Below, one piece after another: positions 26,755 through 36,468 of a stretch of 46,086 nucleotides of DNA (positions within the stretch are counted from its first letter, which is position 1; every line of letters starts with the position of its first letter). The position numbers were made by a program, and so were the translations under genes. The stretch lies in assembly GCA_001785735.1 (NCBI GenBank), contig MFUP01000008.1, positions 1 through 46,086 on the forward strand. The letters run 5' to 3'. Under the pieces are notes generated by a model. The model had not been told where the DNA came from. It did not search any database and was given only the letters and a program-made list of their open reading frames with translations. The DNA comes from Candidatus Nomurabacteria bacterium RIFCSPLOWO2_01_FULL_33_24. GTDB lineage: Bacteria; Patescibacteriota; Minisyncoccia; Phycocordibacterales; MFUP01.

Positions 26755-27417
26755 ATGACTTTTCATATTATTACAATTTTTCCAGAAATGTTTGATTCCT
26801 ATTTTAAGGAGTCTATTCTTGGTCGAGCTATTAAACAAAAAATAATAAAAATAAAATTTTATAATCCAAGAGACTTTATCCCTCGACCTCACTCGGGACA
26901 AGCCAAACACAAACAAATAGACGACAAACCTTATGGTGGCGGTCCGGGAATGGTAATGATGGCTGAACCAATAATTCGAGCGGTCGCTCATATAAAATCA
27001 AGAATCAAAAATCAAGATTCAAGAATCATGATTTTATCTCCAAACGGAAAAAAATTTACCAATAAATATGCAATTACCCTAGCAAAAAAACATCAGCATC
27101 TAGTTTTGATATCTGGTCGTTATGAAGGAATAGATGCTCGGGTTAAAAAAGTTTTAAGAGCTCAAGAAATATCAATCGGGGATTATGTATTAACAGGAGG
27201 AGAATTACCAGCAATGGTTATAATTGATATTATCACTCGTCAGATCAAAGGTGTTTTAGGAAAAAATGAGTCAGTAGAAGAAAATCGTATTTCTAGCCCC
27301 GAGATTTATACTCGTCCAGAAATTATTAAATACAAAAATAAGAATTATAAAGTTCCCAAAATTTTACTCTCTGGTCACCATAAAAATATAGAAAATTGGA
27401 AGAAAAAAAGGACCTAA
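26755..27417 (+). CDS. trmD: tRNA (guanine-N1)-methyltransferase
   Basis: DDKPYGGGPGMVM, GRYEGIDARV and SIGDYVLTGGE motifs. Confidence 0.97.
   Translation: MTFHIITIFPEMFDSYFKESILGRAIKQKIIKIKFYNPRDFIPRPHSGQAKHKQIDDKPYGGGPGMVMMAEPIIRAVAHIKSRIKNQDSRIMILSPNGKKFTNKYAITLAKKHQHLVLISGRYEGIDARVKKVLRAQEISIGDYVLTGGELPAMVIIDIITRQIKGVLGKNESVEENRISSPEIYTRPEIIKYKNKNYKVPKILLSGHHKNIENWKKKRT
26878..26904 (+). repeat. short palindromic in-frame insertion in trmD
   Basis: ATCCCTCGACCTCACTCGGGACAAGCC encodes IPRPHSGQA between RDF and KHKQIDD. Confidence 0.6.
26996..27030 (+). repeat. five tandem degenerate heptamers inside trmD
   Basis: AATCAAG AATCAAA AATCAAG ATTCAAG AATCATG. Confidence 0.75.
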
Positions 27418-27454
27418 CTATGATTAAGCTAGGTCCCCAATGGAGTTTTTAGTC

Positions 27455-28456
27455 CTATTTATTTTCCCGTTCTTGACGGAGAACCTTGAAAGTCTTTCTT
27501 TTTTTGTATACAAGACTTTCAGTAAGACATCTCAAAATTTTTTTTATCTCTAGCTTAGTCGGGGGAGCGGTCGCTGTTTTGCTCCCGTTCAGAAAGAACT
27601 GCCCTTCTTCGTGGTAGAACCAATTACTTGCTCCTTTTACGTATCCCGGGGCTTTTAGTTCCTCCCAGTTACTGGTGATGACTTTTTTGTTTGCCACCTG
27701 TTCGGCAAACCGAATTTTTGCAAAGGCGCACGCTAGAGAGATTTTAGGAATGCCTATTTTTTTATTTATATAAATTTGGACATTTCCACTCTCTCCTTTT
27801 TGAACAATGATTCCTACTCCTTTGCTCAACCCCACTTTTGACAACATAATATTGTCTCCATAAACCAAGGCAATTGAAATCATCTTTTGTTCATTAAAAT
27901 TACTCACTAGAGTAATTTTAAAGATTTCCGACTTTTTTTCAAACTCTTCTTCTGCCTCAAGAAACATCAGTTGCTTCCGGTATTTAACTTCTAGTGGTTC
28001 CATGGCCCACCTCACTACTTCCTGATGATCTTCTTTTTCGTGAAGATCAAAGTAGTCTTTTATTAGGTTTGCAAATTCCCATGGGTGAGCGCCGGCTTTT
28101 TTATCATTTTGAAAAACATATTTTAAAATATAGTTAAGAGCAGGATCATCATCTGCTTCTAAATATTGAGCAACCAAGGTTGCGCAACACTCTTTTTCTG
28201 TTTTTTTCTGATGGTCATCGAATTTCCCCCCTCCAATCCCAAGAAAAAGATAACCCTTTTTCTCCAACTCCTCAAACGAGGTACCGTTTGGTCCTATATG
28301 CCGGTCGGGATGAAAAAGAATTTTAGCCTTTTTGATTCCGGGGAATTCCTCCGTTCCCCATTTTTTTAAGATCCACAGAGCCGCTACCTCATCTAGGTGC
28401 GGATTATTATGTGTTACCACATATTCAATTCCAATAGGGATTTGTTTCTGTAACAT
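27455..28456 (-). CDS. MYG1/DHH-like putative metal-dependent phosphoesterase
   Basis: VVTHNNPHLDE and GGGKFDDHQ motifs; consensus promoter and AAAGGAGG SD upstream. Confidence 0.6.
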   Translation of the reverse strand: MLQKQIPIGIEYVVTHNNPHLDEVAALWILKKWGTEEFPGIKKAKILFHPDRHIGPNGTSFEELEKKGYLFLGIGGGKFDDHQKKTEKECCATLVAQYLEADDDPALNYILKYVFQNDKKAGAHPWEFANLIKDYFDLHEKEDHQEVVRWAMEPLEVKYRKQLMFLEAEEEFEKKSEIFKITLVSNFNEQKMISIALVYGDNIMLSKVGLSKGVGIIVQKGESGNVQIYINKKIGIPKISLACAFAKIRFAEQVANKKVITSNWEELKAPGYVKGASNWFYHEEGQFFLNGSKTATAPPTKLEIKKILRCLTESLVYKKRKTFKVLRQERENK

Positions 28457-28507
28457 TTAAATCCTCCTTTGTTTGTATTCCGCTTTGCGCAGAATGGTTA
28501 TAAAATG

Positions 28508-28554
28508 TGTTAAAGAACTTCCTAATTATACCATACCTAATACTAATTTGTCAA
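28508..28554 (-). promoter_or_regulatory. consensus sigma70 promoter followed by boxA-like motif
   Basis: TTGACA(28554-49)-18-TATAAT(28530-25) with a TG extension, then AGTTCTTTAACA (28519-08). Confidence 0.7.
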
Positions 28555-28611
28555 TCCTTTTGCCAATATCTTATTTAGATTTTATCTTTAAAATAGGCTA
28601 TAATTCCTAAT

Positions 28612-30585
28612 ATGTTGGGTGACCCAGAAAAAATTACTTATTTTGCTGAAACTGATTATCGCAATAACAAAGTTCCCTTTGGGATTAAGGCCAAAGATCG
28701 TACTCGACATGTCTATGTAATTGGAAAAACAGGAATGGGAAAATCTACTCTTTTAGAGAATATGGCCATTCAGGATATCATCGAAGGAGAAGGAATGGCT
28801 TTTATTGATCCTCATGGGGGAACTGCCGAAAAATTACTTGATTATATTCCCGAACATAGAATAAAAGATGTCATTTATTTTGCTCCTTTTGATATGGATT
28901 ACCCAGTTTCTTTTAATGTGATGGAAGATGTCGGAATAGATAAACGCCATTTAGTAGCTAGCGGATTAATGAGTGCTTTTAAAAAAATTTGGGTGGATGC
29001 TTGGTCAGCTCGAATGGAATATATTTTGAATAATATTTTATTGGCTTTACTTGAATACCCAAATGCAACTCTTTTAGGAGTGAACCGGATGTTAGCTGAT
29101 AAAAATTATCGTAAAAAAGTAGTTAATAACATTTCTGATCCATCAGTTAAAGCTTTTTGGGTAGACGAATTTGCTAAATATGGAGATCGTTATATGCAAG
29201 AAGCCGGAGCCGCTATACAAAATAAAATTGGTCAATTTGTTTCTAATCCCCTTATTCGTAATATTATTGGTCAACCAAAATCAACTTTTGATATTAGAGA
29301 AGTAATGGACAAAAGAAAGATTTTGATAATGAATCTTTCTAAGGGAAAAATTGGCGAGCAGAATTCAAATTTATTAGGAGGAATGTTGATTACAAAAATT
29401 TATCTTGGAGCCATGTCTCGAGCGGATGTTTCGGCTGGAGCCTTAGAAAGACTTCCAAATTTTTATTTTTATGTGGATGAATTTCAGTCTTTTGCTAATG
29501 AATCTTTTGCTGATATTTTATCCGAGGCTCGAAAATATAAACTTAATTTAACTATTGCCCATCAATACATAGAACAAATGCCGGAAGAAGTTCGAGCCGC
29601 TGTTTTTGGCAACGTGGGGACAATGATTATTTTTAGAGTTGGTTCTTTTGATGCGGAAATCTTTGAAAAAGAATTCTCTCCTTATTTTTTTATAGATGAT
29701 ATTGTTAATCTTGGATTTGCTCAGATTTATTTAAAACTTCTAATCAATGGCATTGGTTCTAAGCCGTTTTCAGCTGTTACTATTCCCCCTATTAAAGAAC
29801 CGCCAATTAATTTTAAAGAGCAAATCATTCTTAATTCAAGAAAAGCATACTCGCGCCAACGTGCCTTTGTGGAGGAAGAAATAAAATCTTGGCATGATAC
29901 TATCGAAGAAGAAAAAGATGAAAGATCTTTATTAAATAAAGATTTCAAAAAAAAAGAATTTAATTCAACAACAAAATTACCCACTCCTAATTATAGACCG
30001 CGACAAAACGATACGAAATTCCAAAGATCCCAAACACCTCTAAGATATGAAAAATCTCAATCGTTACTAACAAACCAAAGATCTGAAAAATCTCAAACAG
30101 AAATAAAAAATAACCCCCCGATTACCACCTGGAAACCTGATAAGAATATTCAAACTCAAACAACAATAAATCATCCAAAAAAACAAAGATCTCAAATGCA
30201 AAAAATAGAACCATCATCCCCCAAACTTAAAGAACTACTCAATAAACTCGAAGGGGGGACTAACCCCGACTCTAATTTTAAAAATAGAGAGTTTTTAACT
30301 GACGAAAAAGTTAAGATAGAAAAAAATGAAAATTACGGAAAAACAGTCCCTCTTTCTCAACTAAAAGAAAAAGTTCCTCAAAAAGATCCTTCTGCTCAAA
30401 ATTTATCACAATTAAAAGAGGTTCTTAACAAAGCTCTTGAGAATAGAGAAAACAAAAAAAATTCTATTCCCCCTTCACAAAATCAAAGATTGTCGATTTC
30501 AACGGAATCACAAATTGGAACAGAGAAAAAACTTAACCCTCCTAAAGAAGTGCCTGAAGATGTTTTAAAAAAGATTTTAGAATAA
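28612..30585 (+). CDS. TraD/VirD4/HerA-like P-loop ATPase with low-complexity tail
   Basis: RHVYVIGKTGMGKST, IDPHG, YVDEFQSF and LSEARKYKLNLTIAHQY motifs. Confidence 0.88.
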   Translation: MLGDPEKITYFAETDYRNNKVPFGIKAKDRTRHVYVIGKTGMGKSTLLENMAIQDIIEGEGMAFIDPHGGTAEKLLDYIPEHRIKDVIYFAPFDMDYPVSFNVMEDVGIDKRHLVASGLMSAFKKIWVDAWSARMEYILNNILLALLEYPNATLLGVNRMLADKNYRKKVVNNISDPSVKAFWVDEFAKYGDRYMQEAGAAIQNKIGQFVSNPLIRNIIGQPKSTFDIREVMDKRKILIMNLSKGKIGEQNSNLLGGMLITKIYLGAMSRADVSAGALERLPNFYFYVDEFQSFANESFADILSEARKYKLNLTIAHQYIEQMPEEVRAAVFGNVGTMIIFRVGSFDAEIFEKEFSPYFFIDDIVNLGFAQIYLKLLINGIGSKPFSAVTIPPIKEPPINFKEQIILNSRKAYSRQRAFVEEEIKSWHDTIEEEKDERSLLNKDFKKKEFNSTTKLPTPNYRPRQNDTKFQRSQTPLRYEKSQSLLTNQRSEKSQTEIKNNPPITTWKPDKNIQTQTTINHPKKQRSQMQKIEPSSPKLKELLNKLEGGTNPDSNFKNREFLTDEKVKIEKNENYGKTVPLSQLKEKVPQKDPSAQNLSQLKEVLNKALENRENKKNSIPPSQNQRLSISTESQIGTEKKLNPPKEVPEDVLKKILE

Positions 30586-30594
30586 GTTAAAATA

Positions 30595-32031
30595 ATGAAA
30601 AATTTAATAAAAGTTTTTTTTGTTCTAATCATTATCTTATTTACTCATAATATTTTTGCTCAAGTAATTATTAATGAGATTGCTTGGATGGGGAACAGTA
30701 ATTCTTCTTCGGATGAGTGGATTGAATTGTATAATTTGGGCGGAAGTGATATTGATTTAACTAATTGGACCCTTGAAGCAACGGATGATTCTCCCAGTAT
30801 CACCCTCTCAGGATTTCTTCCCTCTTTTAATTTTTTTCTTTTAGAAAGAACTGACGATAGTTCTGCCCCAACCATTTCTGCTGATTTTATTTATACAGGA
30901 GCTCTTTCTAATGATGGAGAACATTTAATTTTAAAAAATGATTTAGGAGAAATTATTAATCAAATAGATGCTTCCACCGGTTGGTTGGCTGGCGATAATG
31001 CAACCAAAGAGACAATGCAATGGGATGGGGCTGTTTGGCAGACCGGAGAAGCTACCCCAAGAGCGACAAATATAGGCAGTTCTTCTAATCATGGAGGAGA
31101 AAGTGGTGGTAGCAGTAGTAAAGAATTGATTATTATAGATGAAAACATTCCTGTTTTCTCTTTACCCACCAAAATGTCAACAAAAATAATTGCTCCCGAA
31201 TCAATGATCGCTGAAGCCCCTTATATTTTTAGTAGTAAAACTTTGAATTCTGGAGGAGAAATTTTAATTAAAGGAAAATATACATGGAATTTTGGAAATG
31301 GAGAAATAAGGGAAGATCAAGAAAATAAAGATTTTGAATATACTTATTCGCATCCCGGGGAATACGTTGTTATTTTAGAGTATCGCAAGAATTTTTATAA
31401 TTTAAATCCTGATGTTACTGATCGGATAGTAATTGAAGTTATCCCAGCTGATTTGTCTATTTCAAATGTTTTTGAAGATGGTTCCATTGAACTTTTTAAT
31501 GAATCAGATAATGAAATTAATATTGGAAAATGGTCACTTAAATCTAATGACAATTATTTTAATATTCCCAAAAATACATTTATTCTATCTGGAAAAAAAC
31601 TCGTTTTCTCTCCCTCAGTGACTGGTTTTACAAATATCGCTTTAAATCAAATGGCCCTAATTTACCCTAATCAAAAAATTGCTTCTGATTACAAAAAAGA
31701 ACCAGAACCAAAGAAAATTCCTCAAAAGATAGTTTACGAAAATTCAGTGGCTAAAACATTTGTTCAAGAAGAAATAGATCAAATTAAAGAAGAAAATAAT
31801 ATTTTAGTAGAGAATAAAACCAATCTGGATTCTAATTTGTCTGAAATACCCCTTGAAGCAAGTATTATAAAAACTTTACCTGAGAACAGGGTTAATAACA
31901 AAAAAAGTAATTCTTATATTTGGTTTCTAGTTTTAATTGGTCTAGTCAGTTTGGCTGTCCTTTCCATTTTTTTTATCAGGAATAGTGGAAAGAGGACTAA
32001 TAATTTCGATAGTTTCAAAATCATCGATTAA
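30595..32031 (+). CDS. surface protein with lamin-tail and PKD domains, C-terminal TM anchor
   Basis: Signal peptide, INEIAWMG...EWIELYN, YTWNFGNG...YSHPGEY, a second LTD-like domain and a terminal TM. Confidence 0.85.
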   Translation: MKNLIKVFFVLIIILFTHNIFAQVIINEIAWMGNSNSSSDEWIELYNLGGSDIDLTNWTLEATDDSPSITLSGFLPSFNFFLLERTDDSSAPTISADFIYTGALSNDGEHLILKNDLGEIINQIDASTGWLAGDNATKETMQWDGAVWQTGEATPRATNIGSSSNHGGESGGSSSKELIIIDENIPVFSLPTKMSTKIIAPESMIAEAPYIFSSKTLNSGGEILIKGKYTWNFGNGEIREDQENKDFEYTYSHPGEYVVILEYRKNFYNLNPDVTDRIVIEVIPADLSISNVFEDGSIELFNESDNEINIGKWSLKSNDNYFNIPKNTFILSGKKLVFSPSVTGFTNIALNQMALIYPNQKIASDYKKEPEPKKIPQKIVYENSVAKTFVQEEIDQIKEENNILVENKTNLDSNLSEIPLEASIIKTLPENRVNNKKSNSYIWFLVLIGLVSLAVLSIFFIRNSGKRTNNFDSFKIID

Positions 32032-33147
32032 AGTTTCTTCTTTTATTGTTACAGGAGTTAATTCCTCTAGCTCTTGTAAATCTTTTTTAATAACTTCTCC
32101 GACATCATTAATTATATTTTCTAACGAATTTGATAATCCCTCACTGGTTCTTATTTCATCTTTTAGAGACAAAAGAAGACTTAACTCGTCAGCCTTTTGA
32201 TTTATTTTCTGCAAGACAAGAAATGTTTCTGCATCATTATCTTTAACCTCAGGTTCCTTGTCAACTTTTCCTTTAAGTTCTTGAATCTTAGCTAGTTTTT
32301 CATCTATATCATTAGCAAATGTTTTTGAGGCAGGTATTTTTAGATTGTCTACCACAAATTGCAACTCATTAACTTTTTTTTCTGCTTCTTTAATTTTTTT
32401 CTGAATATTGATTTCCCCATCAGTATCTATCCCTCCTTCTTCAGCTATTAGTTTTTTACTTTCATTTTTATTTTCCGATGATTTAATTGTCTTTTCATAA
32501 GTCTTAGAAAGAATATCATCTATATTTTTTTCGCTCTTCGTTTCTTCTTTTATAGCCAATAAAACTGTCGTATGAACTCCAAGGGAAGTTTCTAACTGTG
32601 AATGTATCTCTACTGCTAATTTAGGATTTTTTACCTCAATTTTTTTAGTTTCTTTATCTATTTTATCCGCATGTTTATCTAACTGATTATTTATTTTTTC
32701 ACTGGCACTGGAGGTCATTTTATCTTTCAACACTAGTTCGGCTGCTTCTTGAAGACGTCTTTCAGTTCTTTCTATCTCCCAGATTGCTTTTTCTTTTGAT
32801 CCTGAAATAAAAATACCTCTTATTTCTTCGTTAATTTCTACTTTTATAGGGTAAAGGGCATCTCCGGGAAGAGATTGTTCAGCCGCATAAGAAAAACTGC
32901 CACCAGTCAAAAGAGTGATTACAAGACTAGTCACCATAATAATTCGCATAGGTTTTTTTATTAAAGAAAAGTTAAATAATTTTGAAGAAATAAAATATGG
33001 TGATTTAATAAAAAAAGGAGAATTAATTGGAGCTGGATTTTTTTCCATAAATGACAAAAGCCTCCCTTTAATAAGAGTTTTTTCATCTTCTTGAAGAACA
33101 ACTTTCTTTATCTTTTCTATAATTTTTTTAAAAATATCATTTCTCAT
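31942..33147 (-). CDS. DUF5667-domain membrane protein, putative anti-sigma factor
   Basis: TM followed by AEQSLPGDALYPIK...ERRLQEA; overlaps the stop of the ECF sigma gene. Confidence 0.8.
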   Translation of the reverse strand: MRNDIFKKIIEKIKKVVLQEDEKTLIKGRLLSFMEKNPAPINSPFFIKSPYFISSKLFNFSLIKKPMRIIMVTSLVITLLTGGSFSYAAEQSLPGDALYPIKVEINEEIRGIFISGSKEKAIWEIERTERRLQEAAELVLKDKMTSSASEKINNQLDKHADKIDKETKKIEVKNPKLAVEIHSQLETSLGVHTTVLLAIKEETKSEKNIDDILSKTYEKTIKSSENKNESKKLIAEEGGIDTDGEINIQKKIKEAEKKVNELQFVVDNLKIPASKTFANDIDEKLAKIQELKGKVDKEPEVKDNDAETFLVLQKINQKADELSLLLSLKDEIRTSEGLSNSLENIINDVGEVIKKDLQELEELTPVTIKEETLIDDFETIEIISPLSTIPDKKNGKDSQTD

Positions 33148-33652
33148 ATTCTCTTAAAATACTTTTTATATCCTTTAATCCTCGATGGAGACGAACAGAT
33201 ACATTGTTTTCTGTCTCTTTTATAATTTTAGCGATTTCTTTTATAGAAAAGTCATCAACATAATGCATAATAATGACTTCCCTATATTTATCGTCAATTT
33301 GGTCTAAGACCTTAATAACTTTTTTTCCATCAATTACTTCTTCAGTTTTTTCTTTTTCATCAAATCCATAATCAAATCCATATTCTACCATCTCATCCAA
33401 GGAAAAATTTTTTTTCTTTCGTGATTGATCAATAATCAAATTATTAGCTACTTTATACAAAAAAGCTCTAATATTTTCGATCTCCCTCTTTTCTCCCCCA
33501 GAGAGATATTCCCAAGTTTTCATAAATGTTTCTTGAGTAATATCTAAAGATAAATCTCGATTTCTGGTTTTAAAGAGACAAAATCGAAAAATAGCATCTG
33601 AATATTCATCATAGGCCCTTAAAAATTCACTATTTTGTTTATTTACTTTCAT
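33137..33652 (-). CDS. ECF-type RNA polymerase sigma factor
   Basis: DITQETFMKTW, FLYKVANNLIIDQSRK and SIKEIAKII...VSVRLHRG. Confidence 0.93.
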   Translation of the reverse strand: MKVNKQNSEFLRAYDEYSDAIFRFCLFKTRNRDLSLDITQETFMKTWEYLSGGEKREIENIRAFLYKVANNLIIDQSRKKKNFSLDEMVEYGFDYGFDEKEKTEEVIDGKKVIKVLDQIDDKYREVIIMHYVDDFSIKEIAKIIKETENNVSVRLHRGLKDIKSILREYEK

Positions 33653-33659
33653 CTATTAT

Positions 33660-33685
33660 GACGATCCAATAAGGCATTTATTACA
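33660..33685 (-). promoter_or_regulatory. ECF-type promoter (autoregulatory candidate)
   Basis: TGTAAT-16-CGTC, 7 nt upstream of the sigma ATG. Confidence 0.55.
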
Positions 33686-33737
33686 CAGTTTTACCTTATG
33701 ATATAAGCCATTTTAGCTTAAATTGTAGTAAAATGGA

Positions 33738-36383
33738 ATGATGGAACTTATTTGGCATACCAAGAGCTACAAAGAAATAATCCAAGAATTATCTTCTAGG
33801 GAAAGTGGTCTGAACAACTCTGAGGTTCAAAAACGTTTAAAAGAATACGGATCTAATGAATTACCTGATCCGAAAGTTGATAGTTTTTTTTCTATATTTT
33901 TAAAACAATTTCAGAGTCCTCTTATTTATATTTTATTTTTAGCCAGTCTAATAATTTTTTTGATGGGGGAGCTGACAGATGGGTTTATTATTCTCTTTGT
34001 TCTTTTCTTTAATGCTCTAATAGGAACCATCCAAGAAGGAAAAGCTCAAAACACTCTTTTGTTACTAAAAGAGTTTTCCGAAACTAATACTTTAATTTTA
34101 CGCGAAGAAAAAGAAATAATCATTTCATCAAAAGAAATTGTTCCAGGAGATATTATTATTTTACAAGATGGAAATAAAATTCCTGCCGATGCTAGGATTA
34201 TTGATTCCCACTATTTAATTCTTGACCAATCTACTTTAACCGGAGAGTCTGTCCCAGTTCACAAAGTTAATCTTAAATCATTAAATAAAAAATTAAGCCC
34301 AGCCGACCAAAATAATATGGTATTTAAAGGAACTCATATTGTGGCCGGAAACGGGAAAGCCATTGTGGTTGCCACCGGACTTAATACTATTCTAGGGAAA
34401 ATTTCAAAAAAAATTGAAACAATAAATACTGAGATACCGCTTAAAAGAAATATTGAGAATATCGCCAAAATAATCATTACCCTAGTTGGAATAATAAGTT
34501 TATTATTATTTATAATAGGGATCTGGTCAGGAAATAATATTAGAGAAATGTTCAAGATTGTTGTTTCTCTTTCTGTTTCAGTTATCCCTGAGGGATTACC
34601 AATTGTTATTACTCTAATTTTAACCAGAGGTGTTTTTAAAATGAGTAAACAAAATGTTTTAGTAAAAAGGCTTCAAGCAGTAGAGTCTTTGGGAGAAGCG
34701 GAAATAATTGCTGTTGATAAGACTGGAACCATTACTAAAAATGAAATGATTATCCAGAAAATATATACTAATAATAAACTTTTTGAAGTTGGGGGTATCG
34801 GTTATGAGCCCAAAGGAAAAATTTCTTTTAATGGAAAAATAATTAATCCTCGAAATTATCCTGAACTCATGATGATGGGGAAATTAGCCCTTTTTTGCGC
34901 TAATGCTCGTGTTTTTTATTCTGAAGAAAAAGATCAATGGTTAGTCAGCGGAGAACCAACCGAAGCCTCTTTGTTGGTTTTAGGACATAAAATTGGTTTT
35001 AATAAAAGTAAATTAGAAGAAAAATATCCTTTAATAATAGATATTCCTTTTAGTCATGCTAATAAATATCATGGAACTACTCATTTGATTGATAATAAAG
35101 GACTTTTAAAGATAGTTGGAGCTCCAGAAACAGTTTTATCCCTTTGTTATAAGTTATCACTTGAAGAAAAAAAAATAATTGAATCGATGATCAGAAAAAT
35201 GTCTAAGCAAGGACTTCGTGTTTTAGCAGTAGGGATAAATGAAAATGTTTCTTTTGAATATAAAGAAGCAGATACAAAAAAATTAACTTTCATTGGTCTT
35301 TTCGGGATGAAAGATGGCTTGCGTCCAGAAGTAATTGAAGCAGTTAAAAAAACAAAATTAGCCGGGGTAAAAGTGATAATGATTACCGGTGATCACAAAA
35401 TTACCGCTCAGGCAGTTGCTCGAGAGGCAGGCATTTTTATAGAAGGAGATAGTATCCTAACAGGTAAAGACATTGATGAATTATCTGACGAGGAATTTAA
35501 ATTTGAACTAGAAAAAACCACTGTTTTTGCTAGGGTTAGTCCAGAGCATAAATTAAAAATTATTAAAGCTTATAAAGATAATGGAAAGATTATTGCTATG
35601 ACAGGTGATGGAGTTAATGATGCCCCGTCTTTAGTAGCTGCTGATTTAGGAGTGGCTATGGGAAAGATTGGAACAGAAGTAGCTAAAGAAGCTTCAGACC
35701 TTGTTCTTTTAGATGATAATTTTGGCAGTATTGTCGATGCTATTAAAGAGGGAAGGAATATTTATAAAAATATCAAGAGAGTCATCCTGTATCTTTTTTC
35801 TACTGGAATTGGAGAAATAATGGTTATCACAGTGGCTATTATATTAAAATTACCATTACCTCTTTTAGCAGCCCAAATTATTTGGTTAAATTTAGTGACA
35901 GATAGTTTTCCAATTTTAGCCATGTCTTTTGATTCAAAAGGGGGTCAAAGTTTTTATCATGAAAAATTTAGCCACCGAAAAAAAATTATCGACTCTTTAA
36001 TGATTCAAAGAATGATTATAATGGCTACCCCCATGGTTATTGGGACTTTAATTTTATTCAAATATTATTTACAAATTGATTCAATTAAAGCCTTAACAGT
36101 TTCTTTAACAGTTCTAGCTGCTTTTCAATGGCTTAATGCTTGGAATTGTATTTCCAAGACACAATCTTTGTTTAAGGAAAAAATTCTTCAACATAAATTT
36201 CTTATTGGAGCGACCCTATTAGTTATCGGACTTCAATTATTAGCTGTTTACACTCCTTTTTTCCAAAAAATATTACACACAACCCCCTTATCATTTATAG
36301 ATTGGCTTTTGATTATTGTAGTTGGATTTTCTGTTGTTATTTTTGAAGAAATTCGCAAATGGCTTTACCAAATTTTTGATTAA
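33738..36383 (+). CDS. P-type cation-transporting ATPase (type IIA-like)
   Basis: LTGES, IPEGLP, DKTGT, MITGD, GDGVNDAP and WLNLVTD motifs. Confidence 0.95.
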   Translation: MMELIWHTKSYKEIIQELSSRESGLNNSEVQKRLKEYGSNELPDPKVDSFFSIFLKQFQSPLIYILFLASLIIFLMGELTDGFIILFVLFFNALIGTIQEGKAQNTLLLLKEFSETNTLILREEKEIIISSKEIVPGDIIILQDGNKIPADARIIDSHYLILDQSTLTGESVPVHKVNLKSLNKKLSPADQNNMVFKGTHIVAGNGKAIVVATGLNTILGKISKKIETINTEIPLKRNIENIAKIIITLVGIISLLLFIIGIWSGNNIREMFKIVVSLSVSVIPEGLPIVITLILTRGVFKMSKQNVLVKRLQAVESLGEAEIIAVDKTGTITKNEMIIQKIYTNNKLFEVGGIGYEPKGKISFNGKIINPRNYPELMMMGKLALFCANARVFYSEEKDQWLVSGEPTEASLLVLGHKIGFNKSKLEEKYPLIIDIPFSHANKYHGTTHLIDNKGLLKIVGAPETVLSLCYKLSLEEKKIIESMIRKMSKQGLRVLAVGINENVSFEYKEADTKKLTFIGLFGMKDGLRPEVIEAVKKTKLAGVKVIMITGDHKITAQAVAREAGIFIEGDSILTGKDIDELSDEEFKFELEKTTVFARVSPEHKLKIIKAYKDNGKIIAMTGDGVNDAPSLVAADLGVAMGKIGTEVAKEASDLVLLDDNFGSIVDAIKEGRNIYKNIKRVILYLFSTGIGEIMVITVAIILKLPLPLLAAQIIWLNLVTDSFPILAMSFDSKGGQSFYHEKFSHRKKIIDSLMIQRMIIMATPMVIGTLILFKYYLQIDSIKALTVSLTVLAAFQWLNAWNCISKTQSLFKEKILQHKFLIGATLLVIGLQLLAVYTPFFQKILHTTPLSFIDWLLIIVVGFSVVIFEEIRKWLYQIFD

Positions 36384-36468
36384 TTGAAATATTTTTAATA
36401 GCTTGCTATTCTGATTATATTGTGGTATTTTAAGTAATATATTATTTTGTTCATTAAAATTAATATTT

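Noticed and set aside
28612-30585. Conjugative element implied by the TraD/VirD4-like ATPase
   Set aside because: There is no relaxase, VirB genes or integrase nearby, and it is embedded among core-like genes.
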